A stretch of DNA of 64,000 nucleotides from Vulcanimicrobiota bacterium (GTDB lineage: Bacteria > Vulcanimicrobiota > Vulcanimicrobiia > Vulcanimicrobiales > Vulcanimicrobiaceae): assembly GCA_003135555.1 (NCBI GenBank), contig PLCF01000027.1, forward strand, positions 41,943-105,942, in the 5' to 3' direction. The stretch's first letter is position 1. Each line of letters opens with the position of its first letter. Shown here piece by piece: positions 56,500 through 64,000 of this stretch. The position numbers were made by a program, and so were the translations under genes. The notes under the pieces are model-generated. The model worked only from the letters and a program-made list of their open reading frames with translations, was not told where the DNA came from and searched no databases.

Positions 56500-57435
56500 T
56501 TAGGTAACGCTGCCGTCGACTACCCGGGAATGAACCGCTTCAGACATATCGTTCCAGGTCTCGAAGCCGGGATATCCGAGAACAAGTGGCGACAACACTG
56601 CGCCGCTTTCGTTCACGATGCGCAATCGAGCGATGCCCAGCACAGTGAAGCTGCCCCGAAACATCCCCAATCCAGTCTTTGAAGGCGCCCATCGCAGATC
56701 AATCGGCATTGTCGCCCGAAACGGTCCATAGTCAATATAGATCTGCGGGTCTACTGCGTAGTCGCCCACGACCTCCTTCGGCTTTCCGTCCGCATCAAAA
56801 GCATTTCGAGCGCGCACACCCCGGTGAAAGACAAAAAGTGAGCCAATCCGTTGCTCCGTCAGATCTTCCTTACCGGTCAGAACGATTGCGCGCGGCTCAA
56901 TCTCTCCCATAACCTTGGTGAGGCCTCGAAGAACCGCCCCCGTGATGTGAGGAGGCAATGCACGAAGGCCCTCCGGGCCCACGAGAGCTTCTAGCGATAT
57001 TCCTTCGAATCGCACAAGTTGAGGGGCCAGGAGCGTCAACTGCTGTAGATTCAGGTATAATACGGTATCGAAGAACGACGACCACCGAACACCGGCGTTA
57101 GTTTGCGCCGCGACCCACGCCTCGTGGTCCGCCTTCATCTCCCGTAGGACCGAAGCCGGATACGTGTCGGGCCGAGAATCTACAAGTCGATGGTGATCGT
57201 CACACAACGACATGAGATTGGCCGCATCGTTTCTACGTGCCGTAGGTATGTCGTCAATTGCGCGCGGTCCGCGAGGTGCTGCCGAAACGATATGTGCGAT
57301 ATATGGAGGGACGTCGCGTTCGATATAGGGACGCGCGAGATTTTTCCGGCAACCGGCGAATTCACAAGTGAAGCCAGAGGCCGCAAGAAGTAGTTTCTGC
57401 TGCCGCATGCTTATGGCTTGACGCCGCCTAGCCAT
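56500..57435 (-). CDS. HNH endonuclease with an uncharacterised C-terminal domain
   Basis: SGFTCEFAGC, AHIVSAAPRGPR, NLMSLCDDHHRLVD, LREMKADHEAWV; TGATG coupling to ftsY. Confidence 0.82.
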   Translation of the reverse strand: MARRRQAISMRQQKLLLAASGFTCEFAGCRKNLARPYIERDVPPYIAHIVSAAPRGPRAIDDIPTARRNDAANLMSLCDDHHRLVDSRPDTYPASVLREMKADHEAWVAAQTNAGVRWSSFFDTVLYLNLQQLTLLAPQLVRFEGISLEALVGPEGLRALPPHITGAVLRGLTKVMGEIEPRAIVLTGKEDLTEQRIGSLFVFHRGVRARNAFDADGKPKEVVGDYAVDPQIYIDYGPFRATMPIDLRWAPSKTGLGMFRGSFTVLGIARLRIVNESGAVLSPLVLGYPGFETWNDMSEAVHSRVVDGSVT

Positions 57436-58358
57436 CACGCCGCCGGGGCGGTCTCGAACAGCGCGCGGGTGAATGCGGCGGGGTCGAACGGGGCGAGCGC
57501 GTCTTGCGCTTCGCCCAGCCCGATGTACTTCACCGGAACGACGAGCTGATCGACGATCCCGACGAGCACGCCGCCCTTCGCCGTCGAGTCCAACTTCGTC
57601 ACGATAATCCCAGTGAGCAGGGTCGCTTCGTTGAACAGCTTGGCCTGCGACAGCGCGTTTTGGCCGGTCGTGCCGTCGACCACGAGCAGCGTCTCGGCCG
57701 GCGGCGCGCCGATCTCGCGCTCGATGATGCGGCGCATCTTCTTGAGCTCTTCCATCAGGTTGGTCTTGGTTTGGAGCCGTCCCGCGGTGTCGATGAGCAC
57801 CACGTCGACGCCGCGCGCCTTGGCCGCGGTGATGCCGTCGTAGACTACCGACGACGGGTCCGAGCCTTCGGCGCCGCGCACGTATTCGGCGCCGGCGCGC
57901 TGCGCCCAGATTTCGAGCTGCTCGGCGGCCGCGGCGCGGAAGGTGTCGGCGGCGACGACCATCACCCGCTTGCGCTGTGCGCGCAGCAGCGCGGCGAGCT
58001 TGCCGATCGTGGTCGTCTTGCCGCTGCCGTTGACGCCGACGACGAGCACGACCGACGGCTTCGCGCCGAGCTGCAGCGTCATGTCGGGTAGGGTGAGAAA
58101 GTTCTGCACGTCGCGCCGAAAGCGCGCCACGACTTGATCGCTCGACTCGTAGCGATCTTGTTTGGCCACGACGCGCAACGCCTCGACGATCTTGGCCGTG
58201 GTCGGAAAGCCGAAATCGGCCTTGAGCAAGATCTCTTCGAGGTCGTCCCAGAGCTGCTCGTCGACGGGCCGCTTGGCGAGCGCCATCGTCTCGAGCTCGC
58301 CGCCGAACGCCTCGCGCGTCCGCGCCAGCGCGGTCCTGATCTTCCCGAACCAGCTCAC
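57435..58358 (-). CDS. ftsY: SRP receptor FtsY
   Basis: GVNGSGKTT, DTFRAAA, DTAGRLQ, TKLDSTAKGG. Confidence 0.97.
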   Translation of the reverse strand: MSWFGKIRTALARTREAFGGELETMALAKRPVDEQLWDDLEEILLKADFGFPTTAKIVEALRVVAKQDRYESSDQVVARFRRDVQNFLTLPDMTLQLGAKPSVVLVVGVNGSGKTTTIGKLAALLRAQRKRVMVVAADTFRAAAAEQLEIWAQRAGAEYVRGAEGSDPSSVVYDGITAAKARGVDVVLIDTAGRLQTKTNLMEELKKMRRIIEREIGAPPAETLLVVDGTTGQNALSQAKLFNEATLLTGIIVTKLDSTAKGGVLVGIVDQLVVPVKYIGLGEAQDALAPFDPAAFTRALFETAPAA

Positions 58359-58396
58359 GGCCCAGCCGGTTCGCCGAAAGTGGGTACGAGGCCCGC

Positions 58397-59317
58397 ATGA
58401 TCCCGCAGCGCGAGCTCGCGCCAGGCGTAAGCGTTTCGGCGCTCGCCTTCGGCGGCTACCACCTGGGCATGATGAAGGACGAAGCGCAAGCGATCCGCCT
58501 GCTGCACGCGGCGATCGACGCCGGCATCACCTTCCTCGACAACGCCTGGGAGTACAACAAGCACGTCAGCGAGGAGCGCATGGGCAAAGCGCTGGCGGAC
58601 GGCAACCTGCGCGACACGGTCTTCTTGATGACGAAGGTCTGCTCGCACGGTCGCGGCGCCGAGGTCGCGATGAAGCAACTCGAAGAATCGCTGCGCCGGC
58701 TGCGCACCGACCACCTCGACCTATGGCAGATTCACGAGGTCGTGTACGACGACGACCCGGCGCGCCACTACGCCAAGGGCGGCGCCGTCGAAGCGCTCGA
58801 CAAGGCCAAGCGCGACGGCAAGGTGCGCTTCGTCGGCTTCACCGGACACAAGCACCCCGCGATCCACCGCGAGATGATCGAGCGCGGCTACCCCTTCGAC
58901 ACGGTGCAGATGCCGCTCAACGTGCTCGATCCCAACTACCGCAGCTTCGAGAAGACGATCCTCCCGCTCGCGCGCGAGCGCAACATCCAGGTGCTCGGCA
59001 TGAAGGCCTTCGCCGAAGGCCGGCTGCTCGAGGCGGGCGGAGTCGACGCCGACGACGCTCTGCGCTATGCGATGTCGCTCCCCGGCATCCTCACCACGGT
59101 GACCGGGATCGACTCCCAGCACGTCCTCGACCACCACCTGCGGATCGCAAACGGTTTCGTGCCGCTCGACGAGCGTGCGTTGCAAGCCTTGCGCGACAAG
59201 TATCGCGACCGCGCCGGCGACGGCCACCTCGAGCTGTACAAATCGACGGCCAAGAACGACGCCGACGAAGGCCGCGGCCAGCACGGCTTCCCGCCGATGG
59301 CCGAACTCGCGTTGTAG
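58397..59317 (+). CDS. Aldo/keto reductase
   Basis: GITFLDNAWEY, FLMTK, SLRRLRTDHLDLWQIH, GKVRFVGFTGH. Confidence 0.92.
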   Translation: MIPQRELAPGVSVSALAFGGYHLGMMKDEAQAIRLLHAAIDAGITFLDNAWEYNKHVSEERMGKALADGNLRDTVFLMTKVCSHGRGAEVAMKQLEESLRRLRTDHLDLWQIHEVVYDDDPARHYAKGGAVEALDKAKRDGKVRFVGFTGHKHPAIHREMIERGYPFDTVQMPLNVLDPNYRSFEKTILPLARERNIQVLGMKAFAEGRLLEAGGVDADDALRYAMSLPGILTTVTGIDSQHVLDHHLRIANGFVPLDERALQALRDKYRDRAGDGHLELYKSTAKNDADEGRGQHGFPPMAELAL

Positions 59318-59326
59318 CGCGGGCCT

Positions 59327-60193
59327 TCAGGCCGTGCGGCCGACCGGTTCGCGCACGCGCCCGCGCGCCGGTGCCGAGATGATCATCTCTCCGACGACGT
59401 GCTCGAAGCACACCATGCTGCCGGGTCCGCGGCGCTTGGCTTCGCACAGCGCCATGACCGCCAGCTCGTACGACTCGACCTCGAGCAGATCCGCGGCCAA
59501 GTTGGCATAACCGGTACAGATTGTCGCGCCCAGCAAACCTTTTTGTGCTTCTTTGCGCAAGCGCGCCAGCGCGATGCGCGCGGCGGCGGGCTCGGTGTCG
59601 ACGAGCAGGACGGCGAACTCATCGCTGCCGACCCGGTAGGCGCGATCTTCTTGCCGCAAAAGCCCCAGGCGATTCGCCAAGAGCATGAGGACGTCGTCGC
59701 CCGACGACTGCCCGCGCCGGCGATTGATGAGCTTGAAATTGTCGACGTCGATGAGGGCCAGGGCGAGCGGGTAGTGGTTGCGTTTGGCGCGTGAGATCTC
59801 GCGCGAAAAGTCTTCGTCGAAGGCGCGGCGGTTGCCGATCCGGGTGAGGTTGTCGGTGAGCGAGGCCCGCTCGAAGACCGCAAAGTTCTCCGCGGCCGAG
59901 CGCGCCACCGCACGCCGCTGGATCCCCAGCAGCACCGGCAGGCCGCTCACCAGGACGATTCCCAAGAAGGTCAGGCAGACGATCAGCTCCTGCACTACCG
60001 GCCCGGACCCGTCGCGCTCGTAGGCGTAGAGGGCGCACGATCCGATCGCGACCAGGACGGTGAACATCACCACCACGTACAGGCGGGCGACCAACGTCAT
60101 GCGGTTCAAGGGAAAGAGCCCCCGGCGCGCCCGGGGCTCGGCTCGCACCGGCTCCAACGCGACTGGCGGCTCGACGGCGGCAGCCCTGTTCAT
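59327..60193 (-). CDS. Membrane GGDEF-domain protein (degenerate GSDEF)
   Basis: Two TM segments, DNLTRIGNRR, IDVDNFK, RQED I-site, RVGSDEF. Confidence 0.85.
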   Translation of the reverse strand: MNRAAAVEPPVALEPVRAEPRARRGLFPLNRMTLVARLYVVVMFTVLVAIGSCALYAYERDGSGPVVQELIVCLTFLGIVLVSGLPVLLGIQRRAVARSAAENFAVFERASLTDNLTRIGNRRAFDEDFSREISRAKRNHYPLALALIDVDNFKLINRRRGQSSGDDVLMLLANRLGLLRQEDRAYRVGSDEFAVLLVDTEPAAARIALARLRKEAQKGLLGATICTGYANLAADLLEVESYELAVMALCEAKRRGPGSMVCFEHVVGEMIISAPARGRVREPVGRTA

Positions 60194-60213
60194 GGCCGAA
60201 GGCTATCAGCGCC

Positions 60214-60234
60214 CGGTAACGCGACGGTAACGCG
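60214..60234 (-). promoter_or_regulatory. 11-bp-period direct repeat (GTTAC-N6-GTTAC), possible OmpR-family site
   Basis: CGGTAACGCG twice, at 60214 and 60225, upstream of the GGDEF gene. Confidence 0.45.
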
Positions 60235-60251
60235 CCTCACCAAGATCACCC

Positions 60252-61778
60252 TCAGCCCGGGGCGGCTTCCTTGTAGAAGCGTACCAGGTCGGCTTTGAAC
60301 TCCAGCAGCGCGTCTTTGTTCAGGTAGACCTCGTGGCCGGACTTGAAGTAGGCGTAGTGCAAGCGCTTGCGCTGCTCGGCATTGAGGCCCAAGTGGCCCA
60401 GCAGATACTCCGTCGCGTAGAAGCCGGTGGCCAGGTCGTAGTATCCGTTCGCGGAGAGCACGTGGAGCGACGGGTTATGCACGATCGCCGACTGCAAATC
60501 GGCGACCACGCTGACCGCGCTCGAATCGCGCCCGCGCTGGTACTTCCAGCCGCCGTTGACGGCGAAGTCGATCACGTCGTAGGGGCGGTCGTCGCGGAAG
60601 TGCAGCACGTCGTGCGCGTAGTGGTTGAACGCGCCGATGTAGGCGGCCGCCGTCATCGTGTCCGACGGGTCGTAGTCGACGAAGGTCGCGTTCCCGTCGA
60701 TCTGCGGTCCGCTGTAGCGCCCGTCGTAGCGGCCGACGTTGCGGCCTTCGGCGCGCAAGAGCTCCTGCTGGAACCGGTTGGGATTGATCCGCAGGTTCGC
60801 CGCGTCAATGTACTTCTCGTCGAGCCCGGTGTAGGCGTGCAGCTTGGCGACGACCGCGGCCCGGGTCGCCGCGTCGAGCGTGTCGCCACGCAGGAGCGCC
60901 AGCGCGTACGGTCCGCCGGCGAACGCGCGCACGTCGGCCAGGAAGCGCGCCAGGTCGGGCGGATTGCCCGCCACCTTGTGGTGATACCACGCGACGGCGG
61001 CTTCGGTGGGCAGGTAGCCGATGAACGCGTAGTCCTCGCCCGGCCCGTTGCCGATCGGCAAGAAGTTGTAGTCGAGCGCGGACGAGAGCAACACGATCCC
61101 CGAGATCGCCATGCCGTCGTTCTGCAGGAGGTTCGCGACGTTGGCCGCCCGCGTCGTGCCGTAGGACTCGCCGAACAGGAACTTGGGCGACTGCCAACGC
61201 CCGTTGCGCGTGACCCAGCGCTGCACGAACTGCGAAAACGCCTTGGCGTCTTCGTCGACGCCGTAGTAGTCGGCCGTCTTCCCGCGCGCCACGATCGTGC
61301 TCCAACCGGTGCCCACCGCGTCGACGAAGACCAGGTCGCTGGTATCGAGCAGCGATGCATCGTTCGCGCGCAGCGGCGCGTTGGGCCGCGGCTGGGTTGC
61401 GTTCTTGGGTACCTCGACGCGCACCGGTCCGAAAGAACCCATGTGCAGCCAGATCGACGACGACCCCGGGCCGCCGTTCCACAGGAACGTGACCGGCCGC
61501 GTGCGCGGCGGCGCGCCGTCGGCCGTGTACGCGACGTAGAAGACGCTCGCGGCCGGATCGTTCTCCTTGTCTTTGAGGATGATCGTCCCGGCCCGCGCGG
61601 TATACGCGATGCGCCGTCCGCCCAACACGATCGAGTGTCGGGTGACCGCGTCGGGGACGTTGGGGAGCGGGCGGAACGCCGGCGTCGGTGCGGGGGTCGC
61701 TTGCGCGTCGGTGCGTGCCGGCTGCGTGCCGCCCGCGGCGGCCGCGGCCAGGATCAGGGCCAGAAGCGCGCGCCGCAT
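60252..61778 (-). CDS. Secreted S10 serine carboxypeptidase
   Basis: WNGGPGSSS, DAVGTG, GESYG, GYYDLAT, SGHE. Confidence 0.9.
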   Translation of the reverse strand: MRRALLALILAAAAAGGTQPARTDAQATPAPTPAFRPLPNVPDAVTRHSIVLGGRRIAYTARAGTIILKDKENDPAASVFYVAYTADGAPPRTRPVTFLWNGGPGSSSIWLHMGSFGPVRVEVPKNATQPRPNAPLRANDASLLDTSDLVFVDAVGTGWSTIVARGKTADYYGVDEDAKAFSQFVQRWVTRNGRWQSPKFLFGESYGTTRAANVANLLQNDGMAISGIVLLSSALDYNFLPIGNGPGEDYAFIGYLPTEAAVAWYHHKVAGNPPDLARFLADVRAFAGGPYALALLRGDTLDAATRAAVVAKLHAYTGLDEKYIDAANLRINPNRFQQELLRAEGRNVGRYDGRYSGPQIDGNATFVDYDPSDTMTAAAYIGAFNHYAHDVLHFRDDRPYDVIDFAVNGGWKYQRGRDSSAVSVVADLQSAIVHNPSLHVLSANGYYDLATGFYATEYLLGHLGLNAEQRKRLHYAYFKSGHEVYLNKDALLEFKADLVRFYKEAAPG

Positions 61779-63274
61779 CAGCGTGCCGTCGCTTCGCGGT
61801 AGAAGCGCACCAGATCGGCCTTGAGCGCCCGCCGCGCGTCGTCGTTGTGATAGATCATGTGACCCGACCGGTAGAACCCGAAGCTCACGTGCGAGCGCAG
61901 CGCGGGATCCAGACCGAGATGGTTGAGGGTGTACTCGGTGCCGAAAAACGGCGTCGCGAGATCGAAGTAACCGTTCACCGAAAGGACGCGCAGGAACGGG
62001 TTCTTGGTCATGGCGTCGCGCAGGTCGCGCGCGCCGTTGGGCGCGACGATCGAGCCGGTGCGCCGGAAGTTCCATTGCCCGCCCACCCCGGCCCCGCCGA
62101 TGTAGGGACGCTCGACGCGGAAGCCGAGGTCGCCGCGGACGTAGCGGGTGAAGGCACCCACGTACGCATCGGTCATGGCGTCGGAGAACGACGGATCGTA
62201 CGACGGCGAATCGGCGGTCCGGTCGAGCTCGGGGCCCGCATAGCGCGCGTCGACGCGCCCGATCGTGATCCCGCGCGTGGCTTGGAGCGCATGCTCGAAG
62301 CGCGACGGGTCGATGCGCAAGTTGGCGCGCTCGATGTAGGCCTCGTCGAGCCCGGTGTAGGCGTGCAGTTTCGCGACGACCGCGCGCCGCGCCGCCGCAT
62401 CGAGCGCGTCGCCACGCATCAGCGCATCGGCGTACGGACCGATCGCGTAGCTGCGAACTTCGTCGACGAAGCGTTCCAGATCGGCGGGCGGGTTGGGCAG
62501 GGCGTGGTGATACCACGCGGTCGCCGCCAGCGACGGCAAGAAGGTGATGAACGAATAGTCTTCGCCCGGGCCTTGGCCGACGTCGAGCGCGTTGTAGTCC
62601 AGCGCCGAAGACAGCAGGATCACGCCGTTGATCGCCATCCCGTCGCGCTGCAACCGTGCGACCACGGTCGCGGCGCGCATCGTGCCGTAGGATTCCCCGA
62701 ACAAGAACTTGGGCGAAGCCCAGCGGTCGTTGTCGGTGGTCCAGGCCCGGATGATGTCGTCGAAGGCTTTGGCGTCCTCGTCGACGCCGTAGAACATCTT
62801 GGGCGTTCCCTTGCCGCTGATCTGGCTGTAACCGGTGCCGACCGCGTCGATGAAAACCAGATCGGACGTATCGAGCAGCGACTCGGGGTTGGGCGCCAGC
62901 GGCGTCCCCGGCCGCGGCAGCGTCCCGTCCGACGGCACGGCGACGCGCAGCGGGCCGTACGAACCGATGTGCAGCCACATCGACGCCGTCCCGGGGCCGC
63001 CGTTCCACAGAAAGGTCACCGGCCGGGTGCGCGCGTCGGCGCCGTCGAGCGTGTAGGCCACCGAGAAGACGCGCGCGATCTCGTCGCCGGCGGCGTCGCG
63101 CAGCGGCACCGTTCCGGCGCGTGCGGTGTAGGCCAGCGTGCGACCGCCGATGACGAGCGTGTGGTGGGTGACGGCCGGCGCCGGATCGGCCGCAGCCGCC
63201 GCGCGCGGGCCGCCGAACAAGCCGCACGCCAACAGCGCCGCGGCGGCCGAGGCCCCCAATCTCCGCATTTTCAC
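61778..63274 (-). CDS. Secreted S10 serine carboxypeptidase (tandem paralog)
   Basis: WNGGPG, GESYG, GYFDLATP, SGHMIY. Confidence 0.9.
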   Translation of the reverse strand: MKMRRLGASAAAALLACGLFGGPRAAAAADPAPAVTHHTLVIGGRTLAYTARAGTVPLRDAAGDEIARVFSVAYTLDGADARTRPVTFLWNGGPGTASMWLHIGSYGPLRVAVPSDGTLPRPGTPLAPNPESLLDTSDLVFIDAVGTGYSQISGKGTPKMFYGVDEDAKAFDDIIRAWTTDNDRWASPKFLFGESYGTMRAATVVARLQRDGMAINGVILLSSALDYNALDVGQGPGEDYSFITFLPSLAATAWYHHALPNPPADLERFVDEVRSYAIGPYADALMRGDALDAAARRAVVAKLHAYTGLDEAYIERANLRIDPSRFEHALQATRGITIGRVDARYAGPELDRTADSPSYDPSFSDAMTDAYVGAFTRYVRGDLGFRVERPYIGGAGVGGQWNFRRTGSIVAPNGARDLRDAMTKNPFLRVLSVNGYFDLATPFFGTEYTLNHLGLDPALRSHVSFGFYRSGHMIYHNDDARRALKADLVRFYREATAR

Positions 63275-63310
63275 GGAGGGGCCCGTTCGCGCTACGGTGC
63301 GCCTATACCG

Positions 63311-63356
63311 CCCTTCGACCCTCCGACAAGCTCAGGGCAGGCTCGGCTCAGGGCAG
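63311..63356. repeat. Nested REP-like repeat (CCTTCGAC...GCTCAGGGCAGG)
   Basis: cccttcgac[cctccgacaagctcagggcaggct]cggctcagggcagg. Confidence 0.55.
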
Positions 63357-63365
63357 GCGAATCCG

Positions 63366-63668
63366 TTAGCGCGCGGCGGCCTTCGCGTCGACGGCGTAGA
63401 CGAACGCCAGTACCTCGGCGACGACGGCGTACAGCTCGCGCGGCAGGGTCTGGCCGACTTCCAATTTCGAAAGCGCTTCGACCAAACCGGCATCCTGGTG
63501 GATCGGGACGTCGTGCAGACGCGCCACGCGCACGATCTCCTCGGCGCTCAGGCCGCGTCCGATGGCGACGATCTCGGGCGGCTCGAGGCCGACGGGATCG
63601 TAGGCGAGCGCGGCGGCGGTGGGTCGCTGCGGCGGATTGCGCCGCGCGTCGTAGTAGCGCGCGTTCAT
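63366..63668 (-). CDS. FlhB C-terminal-like (EscU/YscU/FlhX-type) protein
   Basis: AAALAYD...PEIVAIGRG..AEEI, LPRELYAVVAEVLAFVY. Confidence 0.9.
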   Translation of the reverse strand: MNARYYDARRNPPQRPTAAALAYDPVGLEPPEIVAIGRGLSAEEIVRVARLHDVPIHQDAGLVEALSKLEVGQTLPRELYAVVAEVLAFVYAVDAKAAAR

Positions 63669-64000
63669 GCCGAACGGTCCACGACGGCGTCGGGATCGAC
63701 GGGCCGCGCAGGCGCCGCGCCGATGCTCACCGTCGACGTGGGCCCGATCGAAGCGCCTGCGGAAGCCACCCGATAGCGCAGCGCTTCGAGCCGCGTCGTG
63801 AGCGTGCTCAGCGCGTCGCGGAAGGAGCGCAGCGCCGGCGCCGACTCGGTGCGCACCTCGACGGTCACTTCGCGTCCGACCGTCACGAGGTCGATCGCGA
63901 CGGTGCCGTAGTGGGCCGTGTCGAGCACGAAGGCGATGTGGAAGTTCTCACCGTCGAGGCGCGTGCCGGGCGCGCCCGGCGCGTCGCGCTTGACGCTGAT
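63665..64000 (-). CDS. FliK-like C-terminal domain protein (5'-truncated)
   Basis: FHIAFVLDTAHYGTVAIDL...LTTRLEALRY; sits upstream of the FlhB-like gene. Confidence 0.55.
   Translation of the reverse strand: MSVKRDAPGAPGTRLDGENFHIAFVLDTAHYGTVAIDLVTVGREVTVEVRTESAPALRSFRDALSTLTTRLEALRYRVASAGASIGPTSTVSIGAAPARPVDPDAVVDRSA

Noticed and set aside
56500..58398. 632-aa HNH ORF as one protein
   Set aside because: The first half is an off-frame overlap with ftsY; the real start is ATG 57435
60252..63227. 991-aa giant S10 peptidase
   Set aside because: The upstream part overlaps the second S10 gene out of frame; the signal peptide begins at 61778
63366..63668. Injectisome (non-flagellar T3SS) component
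   Set aside because: Stand-alone FlhB C-terminal paralogs are common in flagellated bacteria and no injectisome genes are present

Overview
High-GC bacterial chromosomal window with no rRNA, tRNA, CRISPR array or transposase detected. The lineage is inferred, not shown: a diderm Terrabacteria member, plausibly Vulcanimicrobiota/Eremiobacterota. The cues are a Firmicutes-like fla/che gene set, a Gram-positive-type SOS box, an outer-membrane barrel with a stalk domain, and many CGGGG lipoproteins. Layout: (1) 1-10.9 kb is a surface locus with a large lipoprotein, three phage-tail-collar fibre genes, a lipid-anchored collar-only gene, a VOC protein and two S53 protease lipoproteins, converging on an Asp/Asn-hydroxylase, Nif11-like, sulfotransferase operon. 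(2) rlmD and a LuxR/REC/PP2C/desaturase module. (3) A minus-strand flagellar/chemotaxis cluster (fliF to cheW, about 15.8-48.1 kb) with four sigma28-type promoters, two probable CTG starts and three copies of a hairpin repeat. It is split between flhB and flhA by a 6.9-kb island carrying a Cys-loop repeat lipoprotein, a stalk+barrel protein, three paralogous pilin-like lipoproteins and a glycosyltransferase-pyruvyltransferase fusion. (4) purA, GH125, recX-recA with a LexA box, ArsR, a Vgb-like propeller and an aspartic protease. (5) An AT-richer ATPase-nuclease plus HNH islet behind ftsY, then an aldo/keto reductase, a degenerate GGDEF protein, two S10 peptidases and FlhB-like/FliK-like genes. 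The best novelty candidates are a possible type-V-pilus-like lipoprotein strand-exchange system and the tail-collar/sulfotransferase/hydroxylase surface system.
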